Source: Veleropilina oligotropha (lineage: Eukaryota). Taken from it: a DNA stretch of 64,000 bases. This document shows, piece by piece, positions 47,115 through 59,526 of this stretch. How positions within the stretch are numbered: position 1 is the first letter of the stretch; every line of letters starts with the position of its first letter. The DNA is taken from NCBI GenBank assembly GCA_048128005.1, contig JBEUKZ010000062.1, positions 1-64,000 of the forward strand, written 5' to 3'. The notes under the pieces are model-generated. The model was not told the DNA's origin, searched no databases, and saw nothing but the letters and a program-made list of their open reading frames with translations. The translations under genes and the position numbers were made by a program.

Positions 47115-50100
47115 TTATTCAGTATCGTTATCAACTTCATCGTGGAGATCCACTTTATCAAACTTGGTGTTGGGATTGTGACATCTGTCTTGAAATAGGC
47201 ACTTGCAGAAGGAATTGCACGATAAACCTTCTGCATGACACGAACAACTGCTCCTTGAACATGCATTCTGAGCACTGCAGCCACACGCAGCCACTTTGAT
47301 CAATTCATGTGGGGCAAACTCAAACACCCTTGTGCTAGGTTTCGGTACGCCGTTTACGACATCCCATCCAAATTTGGATATATTAACGTTTGGCGGCACA
47401 ACCTGATCGGCAGCTTTCCAAAGCATAATTTGTAAGTGTGCCCTCTTTATATGCTCGTCCAGGGCAGAATCAGTTGGAGGCAGAGTTTTAGTCTTTCGGG
47501 TGTCTCTCTTACTGGCAAATATTGTGTGCCGTAGCCGATTCATGGTGGTAGTGGATTGTTTGCCAGTGTACATGATACTGAAAAACCTTTGTCCAGCTGA
47601 GATAACATCCCACATGTTTGCATCGATTTATGCAAGCACTTCCAATGTCACATCATGCTTCAGCAAGATTTCGACGCCAGAGGCCTTGCTTTTTCCAAAC
47701 AAGTAACTGGTCGTATCGCACCCAGTGAGAGCATGTACAGCGAGGATCTGGGGTGCTTTATCACCAAGCTGTTTAGCTGTAGCATTGATGTCAATAACCT
47801 GACCGACATATTTCTTCATCTATATTTGAGAGTATAGGAACATACCATCCATAGCAAGAGACACAGTGTTACACACATGATAGGAAAGCACCCATCGTGA
47901 GACTTGATCTGGGGATAACGTAATTCCAACTAGTCCACCCTTCGCTTTCCCTTGGTGAATGTATGTCTGCTCCCCAAACGGTCTGCAAATACAACAATCC
48001 CCGACTTCCAGCAGAAGAACACTAACAACACAAATATGTCTGTATCATCAGCCACTACCTAAATGTGTCTATTTTCTTGCAAGATTAGTGATTGACGATG
48101 ACTGATGATATTGCAGTCAAGAGCAGAACAGCTCAATCAATGACTTTTCATTTTGGACATTTTTCACGACGGAGTTCCTGGATGGGCGAATTTGTCTCCA
48201 GTGTTAGTTTGAGTATAGGGCAGCTGGTGGAACCGGTTCTCCGCAGACGCTCATGTGTTTTTATCGAACCGTCTAAGTATCTATCAAAGACAACAAGGAC
48301 GTTGTGCTCTCTTTCTACTGCTCTTGTAAAGTTCTGTAGAAGATGTTTTATGGTTCCAATTTTAGGCCAGATTATCCTATACAGCATCTCACTGCCATCA
48401 ATCACATCCACATTTGCTTCGCCGAGATTTGGATTCCTAATTGGCAGTTTGTGCAACATCTGCGACTTCGAACTTTTTCCAAGACTTCCATAATCATCAA
48501 ACAGTGCAGGTGGGACTGGTGATAGTTCAAACCGCAGCATGCTCTCCAGGGTGATGTCTCTCTTTTGATAAATGACCAGTAACCTACCATAGAGTTTATC
48601 CACGTCATAGATATATTGTTCGCCTATTCTGACACCCTTTTTCATAGTCTCCATGGTGACCACCTTTGAATGTATCGTATTATGGAACCTTTTATGTAAG
48701 CTATCCTTGAACTGAGATGCCATGCCCTCGCCGATTGCCACAGCGTTATGAACGTTGACCTGCTCGCTGGTGACTTGACCATTCACAATGTTGAAGAGCC
48801 CGTCATTGTCGCTCTGTTGTAGAGGATGAGGGTGTCGGCTCAGTTCTTTTTGGATCTTCATCCTGTCCATTCTATCCAGCTTTCTTCGCTGTTTTCCCTC
48901 CTCTTTGTGATTCGCATTCACATCATACTCCTCGTCATCAGATGGGAACATACCATCCATAGCTAGAGACACAGTGTTACACACATGGTAGGAAAGCACC
49001 CATCGTGAGACTTGATCTGGGGATAACGTAATTCCAACTAGTCCACCCTTCGCTTTCCCTTGGTGAATGTATGTCTGCTCCGCAAACTGTTCAGGAAATA
49101 CTGCATTCCATCTTCCCTTACGGTGTCTACAGACATGCTGACCCATGTGAAACATTGCAAGGGCTTCTTCGTCTAGCTGTGTCTGGAACTCGATGAGGAG
49201 CCATGTAATGTACCTGGCGTAATTCCAGTGCCGTGCAGCGAAGAAGTATGGTACCATTCTGGTCAAACAAGACACGTGTAGGGTATAATTTCCTTTTCGT
49301 TCGGCCTTGACGAACATGTGTGAAATCCATACTGGATATATGAGGCAGTCAATCCAGAGACGAACTGTGTGCGACGAACTAGCATCTTCCAGCTTCTGAC
49401 ATATGACATCGCATGAAGTTTCTCCCGGTGAAACATATGTCTGGAGAAGTCCTGACACAACCATGCGGAGGTCTCGTAGTGCTTTGGGCCATGCCTTCCC
49501 ATTTAGCATACTGTTCACTCCCTTGTAGGAAATTTTAGAATATCCTCAAGTCCAGAATCCTTCATCAACTTACCCACACAGCCAATGAATGGCATCAGTG
49601 TGTGCGTGCCGACAGGTCTCACCAAAGGGTACTTCCGTATTGTTGGGTTTGACCATTTGATCTGCATGGCAACTTAAAAAGTTGGAGATCCGTCACGAAA
49701 TGTATGTATCTTTGACCATGGGACTTCATGAATTCCTCAATATACTCTATACTTGTGAGAACTGTGTCTGGATGACGGTGGCGCATCTATACTAGTAAGT
49801 GAACCATATACAAGTTGCGCTTGAAATAAAGCCTCTCTCTCTCGTGTGATCTTTTTAATATATCCCGACCACTCGACAGGTGGGTCATCATCATCATTGC
49901 CTACATCCCCAGTTGTAACATTAAATTTTATCAACCACTCTATGTTGGCTTGGAGGGCGATACCAATATATATGAAAGAATTAATGAATTAATGAATTTT
50001 GTTAATCCTTTATGCTATACAACAACAATTTTATAATATATTGTTTGTTTTTAATATTATTTAATCATTTATTAAACCTGAATTTATATATTTTAAATTA

Positions 50101-50400
50101 ATATTATAAATTTTATATGAACGGAAAGATTATGTATATATTATTATAAGAATGTATGGATATATTTATAAGAATGTTTGTATATATTTTATATGAATGC
50201 AGTTATATATTTTATAAGTATGAATGAGCATGATTTTATCTATGCTTTTCATTTTGCAATATTGTCCTTTTATATTTATGTTATATTGTCATATTTCATG
50301 TTTTATTTTATGTATTGTATGAATCTGTGTATGACACAGGGCCCTACTGGAAACCAGTGCTAACGCACTGAGCAGGCTACCCTGTTTAAAGAAGATGTAA

Positions 50401-50431
<31 letters not shown>

Positions 50432-52443
50432 ATCCATTCTCTTTACAGCCTTTTTGTAAGGGATGCCATCATGGCTATGATCATCATGGCTATGAACGAC
50501 AGGTGGTGTCGGGTTCTTTGGACCTTGATAATAATGCATTGTGATGGGGGATAATTCGTTGAGCTTTATATTTATCATGTCTGCTTTTTTTACTCTTGGC
50601 ATCAGTGGGATTTGGGTCTGCTCGTCCTCAACATTGGCTTCCTGTGGCTGTTGTGTGACCTCTACCACTAAAACATCAGACTGCCTACATCCATTTGGTG
50701 TGAATAAATTTAGGTCATAATTGTCCACCCAAGAATTTAGTACACATTCATTTGCTTTCAGACCTCTGAAAGTGTAAGGCCCGCGAATATGGCCACCGGT
50801 GTCCTCTGAAAGTGTAAGGTTATTGCCCGCGGCCACCGGTGTCCTCTGACAGTGTAAGGTTGTTTGCCCGCGAATATGGCCACCGGTGTCCTCTGAAAGT
50901 GTAAGGTTGTTTGCCCGCGGCCACCGGTGTCCTCTGACAGTGTAAGGTTGTTTGCCCGCGGCCACCGGTGTCCTCTGACAGTGTAAGGTTGTTTGCCCGC
51001 GGCCACCGGTGTCCTCTGAAAGTGTAAGGTTGTTTGCCCGCGGCCACCGGTGTCCTCTGAAAGTGTAAGGTTGTTTGCCCGCGGCCGCCGGTGTCCTCTG
51101 AAAGTGTAAGGTTGTTTGCCCGCGAATATGGCCACCGGTGTCCTCTGAAAGTGTAAGGTTGTTTGCCCGCGAATGGCCACCGGTGTCCTCTGAAAGTGTA
51201 AGGTTGTTTGCCCGCGAATATGGCCACCGGTGTCCTCTGAAAGTGTAAGGTTGTTTGCCCGCGAATATGGCCACCGGTGTCCTCTGAAAGTGTAAGGTTG
51301 TTTGCCCGCGAATGGCCACCGGTGTCCTCTGAAAGTGTAAGGTTGTTTGCCCGCGAATATGGCCACCGGTGTCCTCTGAAAGTGTAAGGTTGTTTGCCCG
51401 CGAATATGGCCACCGGTGTCCTCTGAAAGTGTAAGGTTGTTTGCCCGCGGCCACCGGTGTCCTCTGAAAGTGTAAGGTTGTTTGCCCGCGAATATGGCCA
51501 CCGGTGTCCTCTGAAAGTGTAAGGTTGTTTGCCCGCGAATATGGCCACCGGTGTCCGGAAACTTACCACCTCTTCGTACGTTGCAGTTAGCCCATATTAA
51601 TGTAAAATTGTCAAAAGGTCCTTTGATCCAAATTTGTGATGCAACTTAACTGCAAGACCGAGACTGGTTTGGTTGTATGATTTGGTGATGTGGGCCTGGA
51701 TGCATTGTGATAATGTAACAGATGATCTGGTAATTTCTCCATCCGATACCATGTTTGATATGAAGCTTAACAATGTAGGGCTAGTACTTTTGAGAGTCAT
51801 GGAAACTGGTTGATGTCATAATCATTGGATTTTGGAAGTACTTTGCATTCTGTTACAATTATGTCTTTGAAACTGTCAAGCATATTCGGCGGATCCTCGT
51901 CTAATTTTACTAAGCGCAGAATTGTAGGAAGTCGATCCGTGAAACAAAACAAACTGGCACAACCTGATATGTCAAATCTAACGAGAGCACCACAATAGTG
52001 AGATTGTATTTTCATGCTGAGCTGTTTTCGTGTGATCGTTTCAGAAACTGTACATGATTTAGTGTAATGTTCATGTAATTCAACAGAGGTCCACACACGA
52101 GATGGTTCATCGTTCATTAGATCAATTTAATGTTGAAAACTCTCTTCAATACTTATTGAAGTGTGTGTCTTTTTGGAAAGTTCAGATAGTACTTACCGTT
52201 CTGACATGAATAACTGACTGCAGTCTCTGTGATATTGTGCATCTGCAGCGTGGAGGTCGGTCTGGGCACCTTTAATTCGAATCCTAACTGCATCTGCCTG
52301 TGCGTCGTCCCTTTCATCACATCTTTCCAATATAATAGCCTTAAAACTTTTCTGTCCATGAGTTTCGGCAGTTCTGCATTCGCTGACTTGGCGGTATCTT
52401 GAAGGATTTTTCTTATCATATGCCAAACATAATTCTCCACAGA
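47115..52443 (-). pseudogene. Degenerate AcademX-type transposase (transposase + XPG-like + Cys8 zinc finger), cut by copy 2
   Basis: GLAVKLHHKFGSK, WVDNYD, HWNYARY, DTDIF, HALTGCDTTSYLFGK, LPPT...HIKRAHLQ..W, CGC...CSC...C..FCKC; many stops and frameshifts. Confidence 0.75.
50763..51556 (+). repeat. 41/45/47-bp minisatellite inside the Academ ORF
   Basis: Unit GGCCACCGGTGTCCTCTGAAAGTGTAAGGTTGTTTGCCCGC(GAATAT). Confidence 0.95.
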
Positions 52444-52699
52444 AGCAGCAGGGGGGGTGAGTGTACTCTAATAGGGGCAGTTTTTCAGGCATAAAACCAG
52501 CAGCAGCAGGGGGGGGGGGGGTGAGTGTACTCTAATAGGGGCAGTTTTTCAGGCATAAAACCAGCAGCAGCAGGGGGGGTGACCATACCTTTTATGTGGG
52601 GGCGCGGCGAGGGAAATTAAGGCTCCCAGCACCCTTTCAGACCCCCGGGGTAGGGATTGTATTGCAAAAAGTTACCGTGTGTACACAGCAGGGGTGGGA

Positions 52700-52945
52700 C
52701 TAGGGACGACGTTTGGCAGGAGCCTTGGCAGGGGCCTTGGCGGGGGCCTTGGCAGGAGCCTTGGCAGGAGTCTTGGTAGGAGCCTTGGCAGGAGTCTTGG
52801 TAGGAGCCTTGGCAGGAGCCTTGGCAGGAGTCTTGGTAGGAGCCTTGGCAGGAGCCTTGGCAGGAGCCTTGGCAGGAGCCTTGGCAGGGGCCTTGCGGCG
52901 GGAACTTTTCGCGCTGAGCAACATGGGAACGTCTTTCTGCGGCAT
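52700..52945 (-). CDS. Basic terminal ORF with (KAPA)n histone H1-like repeat
   Basis: Same start context as 19795. Encoded by a 12-bp tandem repeat GGCAGGAGCCTT. Confidence 0.5.
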   Translation of the reverse strand: MPQKDVPMLLSAKSSRRKAPAKAPAKAPAKAPAKAPTKTPAKAPAKAPTKTPAKAPTKTPAKAPAKAPAKAPAKAPAKRRP

Positions 52946-53094
52946 GTTGATTTCAAGTATAACTACACAGCGTCTAACATGCCGATATAGTAGTATGTAG
53001 TAAGAGTCCGTAGGGACGGCCCGTTACCCTCGCCGGCCCGGGCTCGCTTTTAGACATACCCATATCACAGGATATACCCACTGCAAAGGATACG

Positions 53095-53382
53095 ATGTGG
53101 GGAACGGACACCTGTCAATGGCTCACCATCAGCTCCACGGAGCTATGTGGTAAGAGATGTCTGAGCGAGTATTGCAAAGTCCACCTGGCTCGGCAACGGC
53201 GAAATGGCCGGGGCACAAAACCCTGCAGCAAATGCGGGAAGGGCGTTTTCAACCGGTTTACGCTGTGTCAGGGCTGTGGGTATCACAATGAGAACGTTAA
53301 GGACTGTCAACGAAAGCGCAGGGCCTTCGAGAGAGAGTTTCTCCGCATGGCTGCAATATACCTCACCCAAATTTCCTATTAG
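53095..53382 (+). CDS. Zinc-finger protein, copy 2
   Basis: Homologue of 19944-20219. Confidence 0.8.
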   Translation: MWGTDTCQWLTISSTELCGKRCLSEYCKVHLARQRRNGRGTKPCSKCGKGVFNRFTLCQGCGYHNENVKDCQRKRRAFEREFLRMAAIYLTQISY

Positions 53383-53417
53383 AGAGGCGCTGTCCATAGT
53401 GTATACCCCCCAGCAAC

Positions 53418-56400
53418 ATGTCGACTATGGATGACTATATAGACCAACTGCTCGCAGACATGCAGGCATCTGAAACTCTCCGGGACGTGGTTCAGAATAT
53501 TCTAGACGAACCAATCCCGGAAGACGTGAAGGAGCGCTTGTTGAAGCCTCTGGTCCCATCCAAGGATCCCCAAACGGAGAGAAAGCGGAAAGCCATTGTT
53601 GAGGAATTTGACCCAATCCCCCTCTCCAAAAAGCCCCGGACAGCCCAGGACTACCAGAATGATCTACTAGGGCTGTTTACCACAACAGAGGGGCAACGAT
53701 TCATCGACCTGGATGACCAGGTCCCTCCCCCTGTAAGGCTCCCAGCAAAAGAGCCATGGGTGGAACTCTTGAGCGACGCCAAAGACGAGTTTGAGGTCGA
53801 TGGCGCCGCGGCGGCCTTCTCCACATGGAGGATAGAAGTGGCTGGACGGCTGGCCCTGGATGCCCGTATGACAGATGCGAGGGCGGCACAGCTCCTCACA
53901 GCCCTTCCCAAGGGTGAGTTTCTCCTGAGGATAAAGTTCTTGCGGGAGTGGGGTGAAGGCGACTGGGTGGTCGAAGACAAGTTTGACCCGGTGAAGGCTG
54001 CGAGGAAGAAGGGCCAGGGTGTCGTTGAGATCTCTCAGGACACTAAGCCAGGTGCTATCACTGGGGTCGACAAAGCCTACTACGAGAACGCCTACCCGGT
54101 TACTGCAGTCGTCTACGGCGTCTATCCTCTCAGAGAACCAAACCCCGCCAACCTGGTTCCAATGAAGAACGGCGATCTCAACTGCGTTGCCCAGAGAGTG
54201 GTTGAGCACTTCGAAGGTGCCCTGCGAGGAAACGGACTCACTCCAATCAGGCGGCAGAAAATACAGGAGTGGGAGGCGCGAGTTCATGTAACAGGCGCCA
54301 CTGTGGATGATGTGGCTGGCCTTGAGAGGATCCTCAAACGGGCGATTATCTTGAGAGACATCGCCGGCGAGGACATCTACAATAGTGGGAAATACCAGTT
54401 TGGTGGGTCCACAGGCGGGGTGAGAGGTAAAGTAGAGCTCATATGTCACAACGGCCATGCATGGTCCAAGGAGCTGCACTTCCCGCAAAGTAGAGAGGTC
54501 CACATCTACGAGGGCGATGTCTGGGAAGCTATCCGACAAGCCACACGGAATGAGCCATTAGCTGTCTGGCTCCTTGGCGGTAAAGACCGACAGCTCGGCG
54601 TGGACCAGTTCGTGCTGCAAGACGGTCGCACGTACAGGACACAAGATGATCACGAGAGACTCCAGGAAGCCTGTACAGCGCTGGGGAATGAGTCCCTTGC
54701 CGAGAGAGCCTTTGGCGTGAACCATGCAGCTAGCATTATGGCCAAAGAGAAGAACGGCTGGAAACCCACCCCAGCGAGCCTGCTCGATGACGTCCAGAAG
54801 GCCTGCGTGGAGCACGGTCATGGTGGCCTGTGGAATTCCATGAACTATGATACGGGCGATGTCTGCTGCATCGATATGAAAGCCTGCTACCCTGCTAGCT
54901 TTCTGGGGCAGGGCGAGGCCAAGCCGTATTTCGAAAGATTCGGACACCCAACCCACAGCATGACGCGGGTCGCAATTAATGGTCCTCTTCCCCAAGAAAT
55001 CGGTACTGGGTTTGCTGAGGTCGTGGAATGGGAGTTCGCGGAAGACATCCACCCCGTCATACCCGCATGGTTCGGCAAGCACTTTGCAGAGAATGGTTGG
55101 GCCCCGACGCCTCTGCTCGCCTACCTCGTAGAGTCTGGACTGCTAAAGAGCCTCAAGATCCGAGAAGCTATCATCGCATTCAAAAAGCAGACCAAGGTCT
55201 GGCTTCCTCCGGATCGTGACCAGGGCTGCAGCATTATCGGCAAATTCACCCAAGGCGCCAAAGCTGACGGCAAAAGATTGACCCGTAGACTGGTGATTGA
55301 CCAGGGAGAGCTTGACTTCCTCGTAAGAGACACCCGCCAAAGCGGTACCCTGGTCGGCGCACCTCAAAGGTGCCCTATGGGGCACATCCTCACGTACTAT
55401 GATGGCTCCCAGCCTCAGTATGCCCACCTGAGGGCCTCGATGCTGGCATATGCCCACATCAACCTCCTATCAATGCTTCAGCGTTTCAGTGCAGCAGAAG
55501 CTGTCCGGGTAGCCACTGACAGCATCTACCTCAAGAAGGCCTCGTTGGAGAAGCTCGACGATGTCACGGTGTACGTTGCCCCCAGACTCTGCGACTGTGG
55601 CGAGAAATCGTGCATCTCATGTCTGATCGCGGAGCCGTACCTTCCGCCAGTAGCACCGGCCCAGTGGCGTGACAAGGGGGAACAGCTTTACCTGCCACAG
55701 GAACATGCCGCATACCTGCCCAAGCCAGAGTATTGTTGTGCCGCCAATTCCAGCCAGCCAAGCACCGCGCCTTGCTACAATGACACGCTGACCCACCATC
55801 GCCTGAGTTACCTCAATGGTGGAGGGGGCTGTGGCAAGACTACGAGAGCTATAGAGCTCTTCCGGGCAAGGAATCCCACCGTGTTCACGCCAACCCACCG
55901 CCTCGCTAAAGAGATGCGAACCAGAGGCGTCAAAGCCCAGACCTACCACAGTTTCTTCCGATGGAGCGGCCAGACTGACTGGACACCCGACCGCATGGGT
56001 CAGAAGTTCATCCCCCGCGTCATTATCTGGGATGAGGTCTGTACTGTTCCCCGGCCTATCCTCGAGATGTTCTTGGACTGGCTGGGCCACCACGAAGTTC
56101 AGGTTATCTGCTGTGGCGATCACGGCCAGCCACCACCGACAGACCGCGGACTACTATGAGGAGATCGAAGTAGATTACAGGGCGAAAGACGACCCTGCCT
56201 TCCAAGCCCTGAAAAGACGTATACGTCTCCAGCCCGACAAAATCCAGTGCGGGGAAATGCGTAAGAGTCTCCCCAGCTGCCTTGGATGGGATCGGTTTGT
56301 CAACACCTGGAGGCCAGGCGACCTAATCCTCACCAGCCATCAGAAGGTCCGCGAACGGGCTCAACAGCTGTTGCTCCAGAGGCACAAGGAGCACTTCCCA

Positions 56401-57063
56401 GACTCCATGGTGCCTATCCTGTACCACCCCAGGGACAGCAGAAAACAGAACATCATGGTAACCATTCCGGGCACCGATGAAAGAGAGGAGCTAGTTCTCA
56501 ACGACGTCGTCGAGGTCACGATTGAGGCCGCTGAGCAGGCTATCCTGACCCCGGATTGGCGCCTGGGCTATGCTCTCACCATCCATTCGAGCCAGGGTCT
56601 TACGATTCACGACCCACAGAAAGTCTGGATCATCGACGACTACCTTCAGTGGAGTAATCTCGCCTACCTAGCCGTGTCCCGTGTGGAGTATCTGCATCAG
56701 CTCGAGCGGGTAACCTGTCCTCCAGATGAGGGTTCTGAGGACAGGCCGCCCCAAGCGCAGCAGAGCAAGCAGCAGCTCCGAAAAACCATCCAGAGGAAGC
56801 TCGTGGCATACATGCGCCAGGACCAGGCAAAGGGACTCCCGGGGTTTAACCTCAAGGTCGACGACATCCTGCGGCTCAGAGAGGCCCAAAACAACCGATG
56901 CGCAGCATGTAACATAGAGCTGCTCTGGGCCTACCAGCCCAAAGACACACAGCAGTTCAGTGTCGACCGTGTGGACAACCGCAGGGGCCACATCCGCGAC
57001 AACGTGCGCTTAACGTGCCTTGAATGTAACCGAAAAAGAGGATTTGCGGTTGTTAACGCCTGA
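53418..57063 (+). pseudogene. PolB-helicase-HNH replicase, copy 2, frameshifted
   Basis: Net 32-nt deletion near 56140 relative to copy 1 splits it into ORFs 53418-56159 and 56032-57063. Confidence 0.9.
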
Positions 57064-58051
57064 GAACCGGCGGCAGTTGGGTGTCACGAGGCACCACGAG
57101 AAGTTCCTCACGAACGAACCCACGCGGTGGTCCATCAAGCAAGTAGTAGAGCACAGGCTCGTCAGGTTTAGTGACAGAGCGTCCAAGCCTGTGAACCGTC
57201 AAAGACCACACCGGGTCAGTGGCACGGCGGCGACCACCCTCCAACTCACCGGGTTGGTATAGGTAGCGAACATCTACGCCAGAGGGGAGTTTCTGTTCCT
57301 TCCCCTGTCGGCCTGGAACAGTGGCGCCGGGCTTTTGTGCAACGCGAGGTGCCTTGATGGCGTCCTTGGGCTTTTTACCGGTCAGCCTGGTCACTTCCCC
57401 ATTCAACGCCGCAACTACAGCTGCTAGCCTGGCGACCCACTCAGTTGACCTTTGACCCTCTTTCGCAGACCCTGTAAAACTCATCTCTGTTGCATACTGG
57501 TGCCCGAAGAGCCGCTCAGCGAGCGTCCGGTTGAAGCGCTCCACGATCCCTTGATCGCGATGGAGATCCACACGGCCACGCCTAACCTCGACATTATTCT
57601 TTGCCAGCAGCTGGGACACCGCGCCCATAAACTCCCGCCCTGGATCAACCTGAAGCAATTTCGGCCAGCTAAGAGGACTCCGCCTGTAGATTCGAGACAG
57701 AGCTTCAGCAACCCCTTTGGCCTCTTTTGTGGCCAGAGGCTCAGCTTCTTTAAAGCGACTGGCCACATCAACCACAGTCAAAGCGTACTTATAGGTCTTG
57801 TGTCTGACCTTGTCATGGGGGAGAAACAGGAGGTCGGCTTGGTGAACCTCGTTTGGCGTTACGACGTCGAATTTTGGTCTTGGAATCCGCCGTGGCGCAG
57901 GTAAATATATCTGCCATATAGCCTGCCTCTTAAGCCATGTCCGGGCCTCCACTTCAGACGCCTTGGCAGCGTCAGCTAGTTTCTTTATCGCGGCAATGCC
58001 TTTCCAGTAGCCCTTAGGGCTGTAGTATATCCTCGCAAACTTACTATCCAT
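57053..58051 (-). CDS. Intact DDE (rve) integrase, copy 2
   Basis: HQADL, QVDPGREF and VERFNRTL give a complete D-D-E triad. Confidence 0.93.
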   Translation of the reverse strand: MDSKFARIYYSPKGYWKGIAAIKKLADAAKASEVEARTWLKRQAIWQIYLPAPRRIPRPKFDVVTPNEVHQADLLFLPHDKVRHKTYKYALTVVDVASRFKEAEPLATKEAKGVAEALSRIYRRSPLSWPKLLQVDPGREFMGAVSQLLAKNNVEVRRGRVDLHRDQGIVERFNRTLAERLFGHQYATEMSFTGSAKEGQRSTEWVARLAAVVAALNGEVTRLTGKKPKDAIKAPRVAQKPGATVPGRQGKEQKLPSGVDVRYLYQPGELEGGRRRATDPVWSLTVHRLGRSVTKPDEPVLYYLLDGPPRGFVREELLVVPRDTQLPPVLRR

Positions 58052-58306
58052 CAGCAATGTATTCCAGTAAACTGATCAGTCTCCAACAGGCTTCAGCTTC
58101 CGGAGCCGGTCGCTGCGCAGTCGTCTCCCGTAGGTTGGTCGGGCCCGAGAGCACCAGGACCGTGAACCGCACCATAGTCTTTTCGTCGCGGCACCAGCAG
58201 TCGAGTAACGTAGTACTATAGCCGACCGCAAGCATAGCGCAGTACAGCTCTTCTGGGAGCCCCATTATTATACCTGGCACACGAAAAAAATGTCCACTGG
58301 AAATAA

Positions 58307-58738
58307 TTAGGCGAGCTTGTAGGCTACCAACCCGGTCGCAGCCATCCCCAGGATGATGAAGGTGATCTCACGTCCCTTCTGGGCATCGCTCGGTGTGTAG
58401 TAGTCAGACAGCTGGGGCTCAGGGCCACCTCCCACAGCGGTGGGGTCAAGGTTCTTGCCGGTGATCAATGCATACTCACGGATCGCGGCGTCAACATCCC
58501 GGAATGTGCCAACGGCATGACCCTGGCGGCGAAGTTCAACGTTCAGCCAGTCGAGACGCTCTGCCCTCTGTTGTGACCATTTAGTCTGAGCAGCGTTGAG
58601 CTGTTCTACAGCAATGTCGTGGCGTTTACGCTCCGCATCGACACCGGAGCTGCGTAGCTTCGAGAAGAGGAAGTTCGAGCCGCTGAAGGCGAGGGCGTTG
58701 ACGAGAGCGCCCCCAACCAGCATCGCAATGGAAGCCAT
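58307..58738 (-). CDS. Membrane-associated protein, copy 2
   Basis: Homologue of 25342-25773. Confidence 0.8.
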   Translation of the reverse strand: MASIAMLVGGALVNALAFSGSNFLFSKLRSSGVDAERKRHDIAVEQLNAAQTKWSQQRAERLDWLNVELRRQGHAVGTFRDVDAAIREYALITGKNLDPTAVGGGPEPQLSDYYTPSDAQKGREITFIILGMAATGLVAYKLA

Positions 58739-58769
58739 TGAAATGCTGCGATTATCTAGCAAGGTCCCA

Positions 58770-59009
58770 CTACTTCAATATATCGGCCGGAATGATGCCT
58801 TGCTTGATCAGCATGTCTTTCGTCGCCATGGCGAGCGCTACGTCGAGGACGACCATCCCGACATCGTACCCCGTGAAGTCCAGTTTGGGGCTCGCTCCCT
58901 TGAATACCATCTTTGTCAGGCGTGCGTAGCCTATGGCGAGGCCTGACACTATAGCGGCGTGGTATACAGCGTTGCCGAGCATCTTTCCATCAGTGATTGG
59001 GGTAGTCAT
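58770..59009 (-). CDS. Small hydrophobic protein, copy 2
   Basis: Homologue of 25805-26044. Confidence 0.8.
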   Translation of the reverse strand: MTTPITDGKMLGNAVYHAAIVSGLAIGYARLTKMVFKGASPKLDFTGYDVGMVVLDVALAMATKDMLIKQGIIPADILK

Positions 59010-59034
59010 AACTGTTGATTAGTACCGTTTGCGA

Positions 59035-59526
59035 CTATTGCATATGAAAAGGGTTCTGCTTCTTCAATTCGATAGTGGGGGCGGCCCGAGGCTGCCTAGC
59101 ATCCGCGTCTGGTGGCTGTTGATGTGGTGTGGATGGACCAGGGTTGCTGCGTTCTGAGGACGTCTTCCAGACAACAAATACCAACGCAACCGTACCGGCA
59201 GCGACGGCTACCTGGGTCCAATTAAATAGGTCCGATTTCCGTGTATCTGGCGCACGCGGTCTTTCTGCGGCTGGAACCGCCTCCCCGGGCTGTTCTGATG
59301 GAACGACAACACTTGTTGGGGCACTCAGGTCTTCTTTCATTTTTCGAACCGCGGCCAGTAGCTTCTCCTGCTTGGCTTTTCGAGCAGCAGCGCCGGCCCT
59401 CCCTGCAGCCACTTTTTTCGGGTCCTTTTTACTCACTGATGAGTCCGTCGAAGAGGTCACCCTCTCTATCGGCTGGCTCTCGATCGGCTGGCTCGACATC
59501 GTTTGGTCCACTTCCTGCGTTGTCAT
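59035..59526 (-). CDS. KKDPKK-motif TM protein, copy 2
   Basis: Homologue of the 26070 ORF. Confidence 0.7.
   Translation of the reverse strand: MTTQEVDQTMSSQPIESQPIERVTSSTDSSVSKKDPKKVAAGRAGAAARKAKQEKLLAAVRKMKEDLSAPTSVVVPSEQPGEAVPAAERPRAPDTRKSDLFNWTQVAVAAGTVALVFVVWKTSSERSNPGPSTPHQQPPDADARQPRAAPTIELKKQNPFHMQ

Noticed and set aside
50360..51569. CRISPR-like array or repeat ORFs
   Set aside because: Tandem minisatellite without spacers.
52193..52492. 99-aa ORF spanning the copy 2 junction
   Set aside because: Chimera of the viral terminus and the interrupted Academ ORF.
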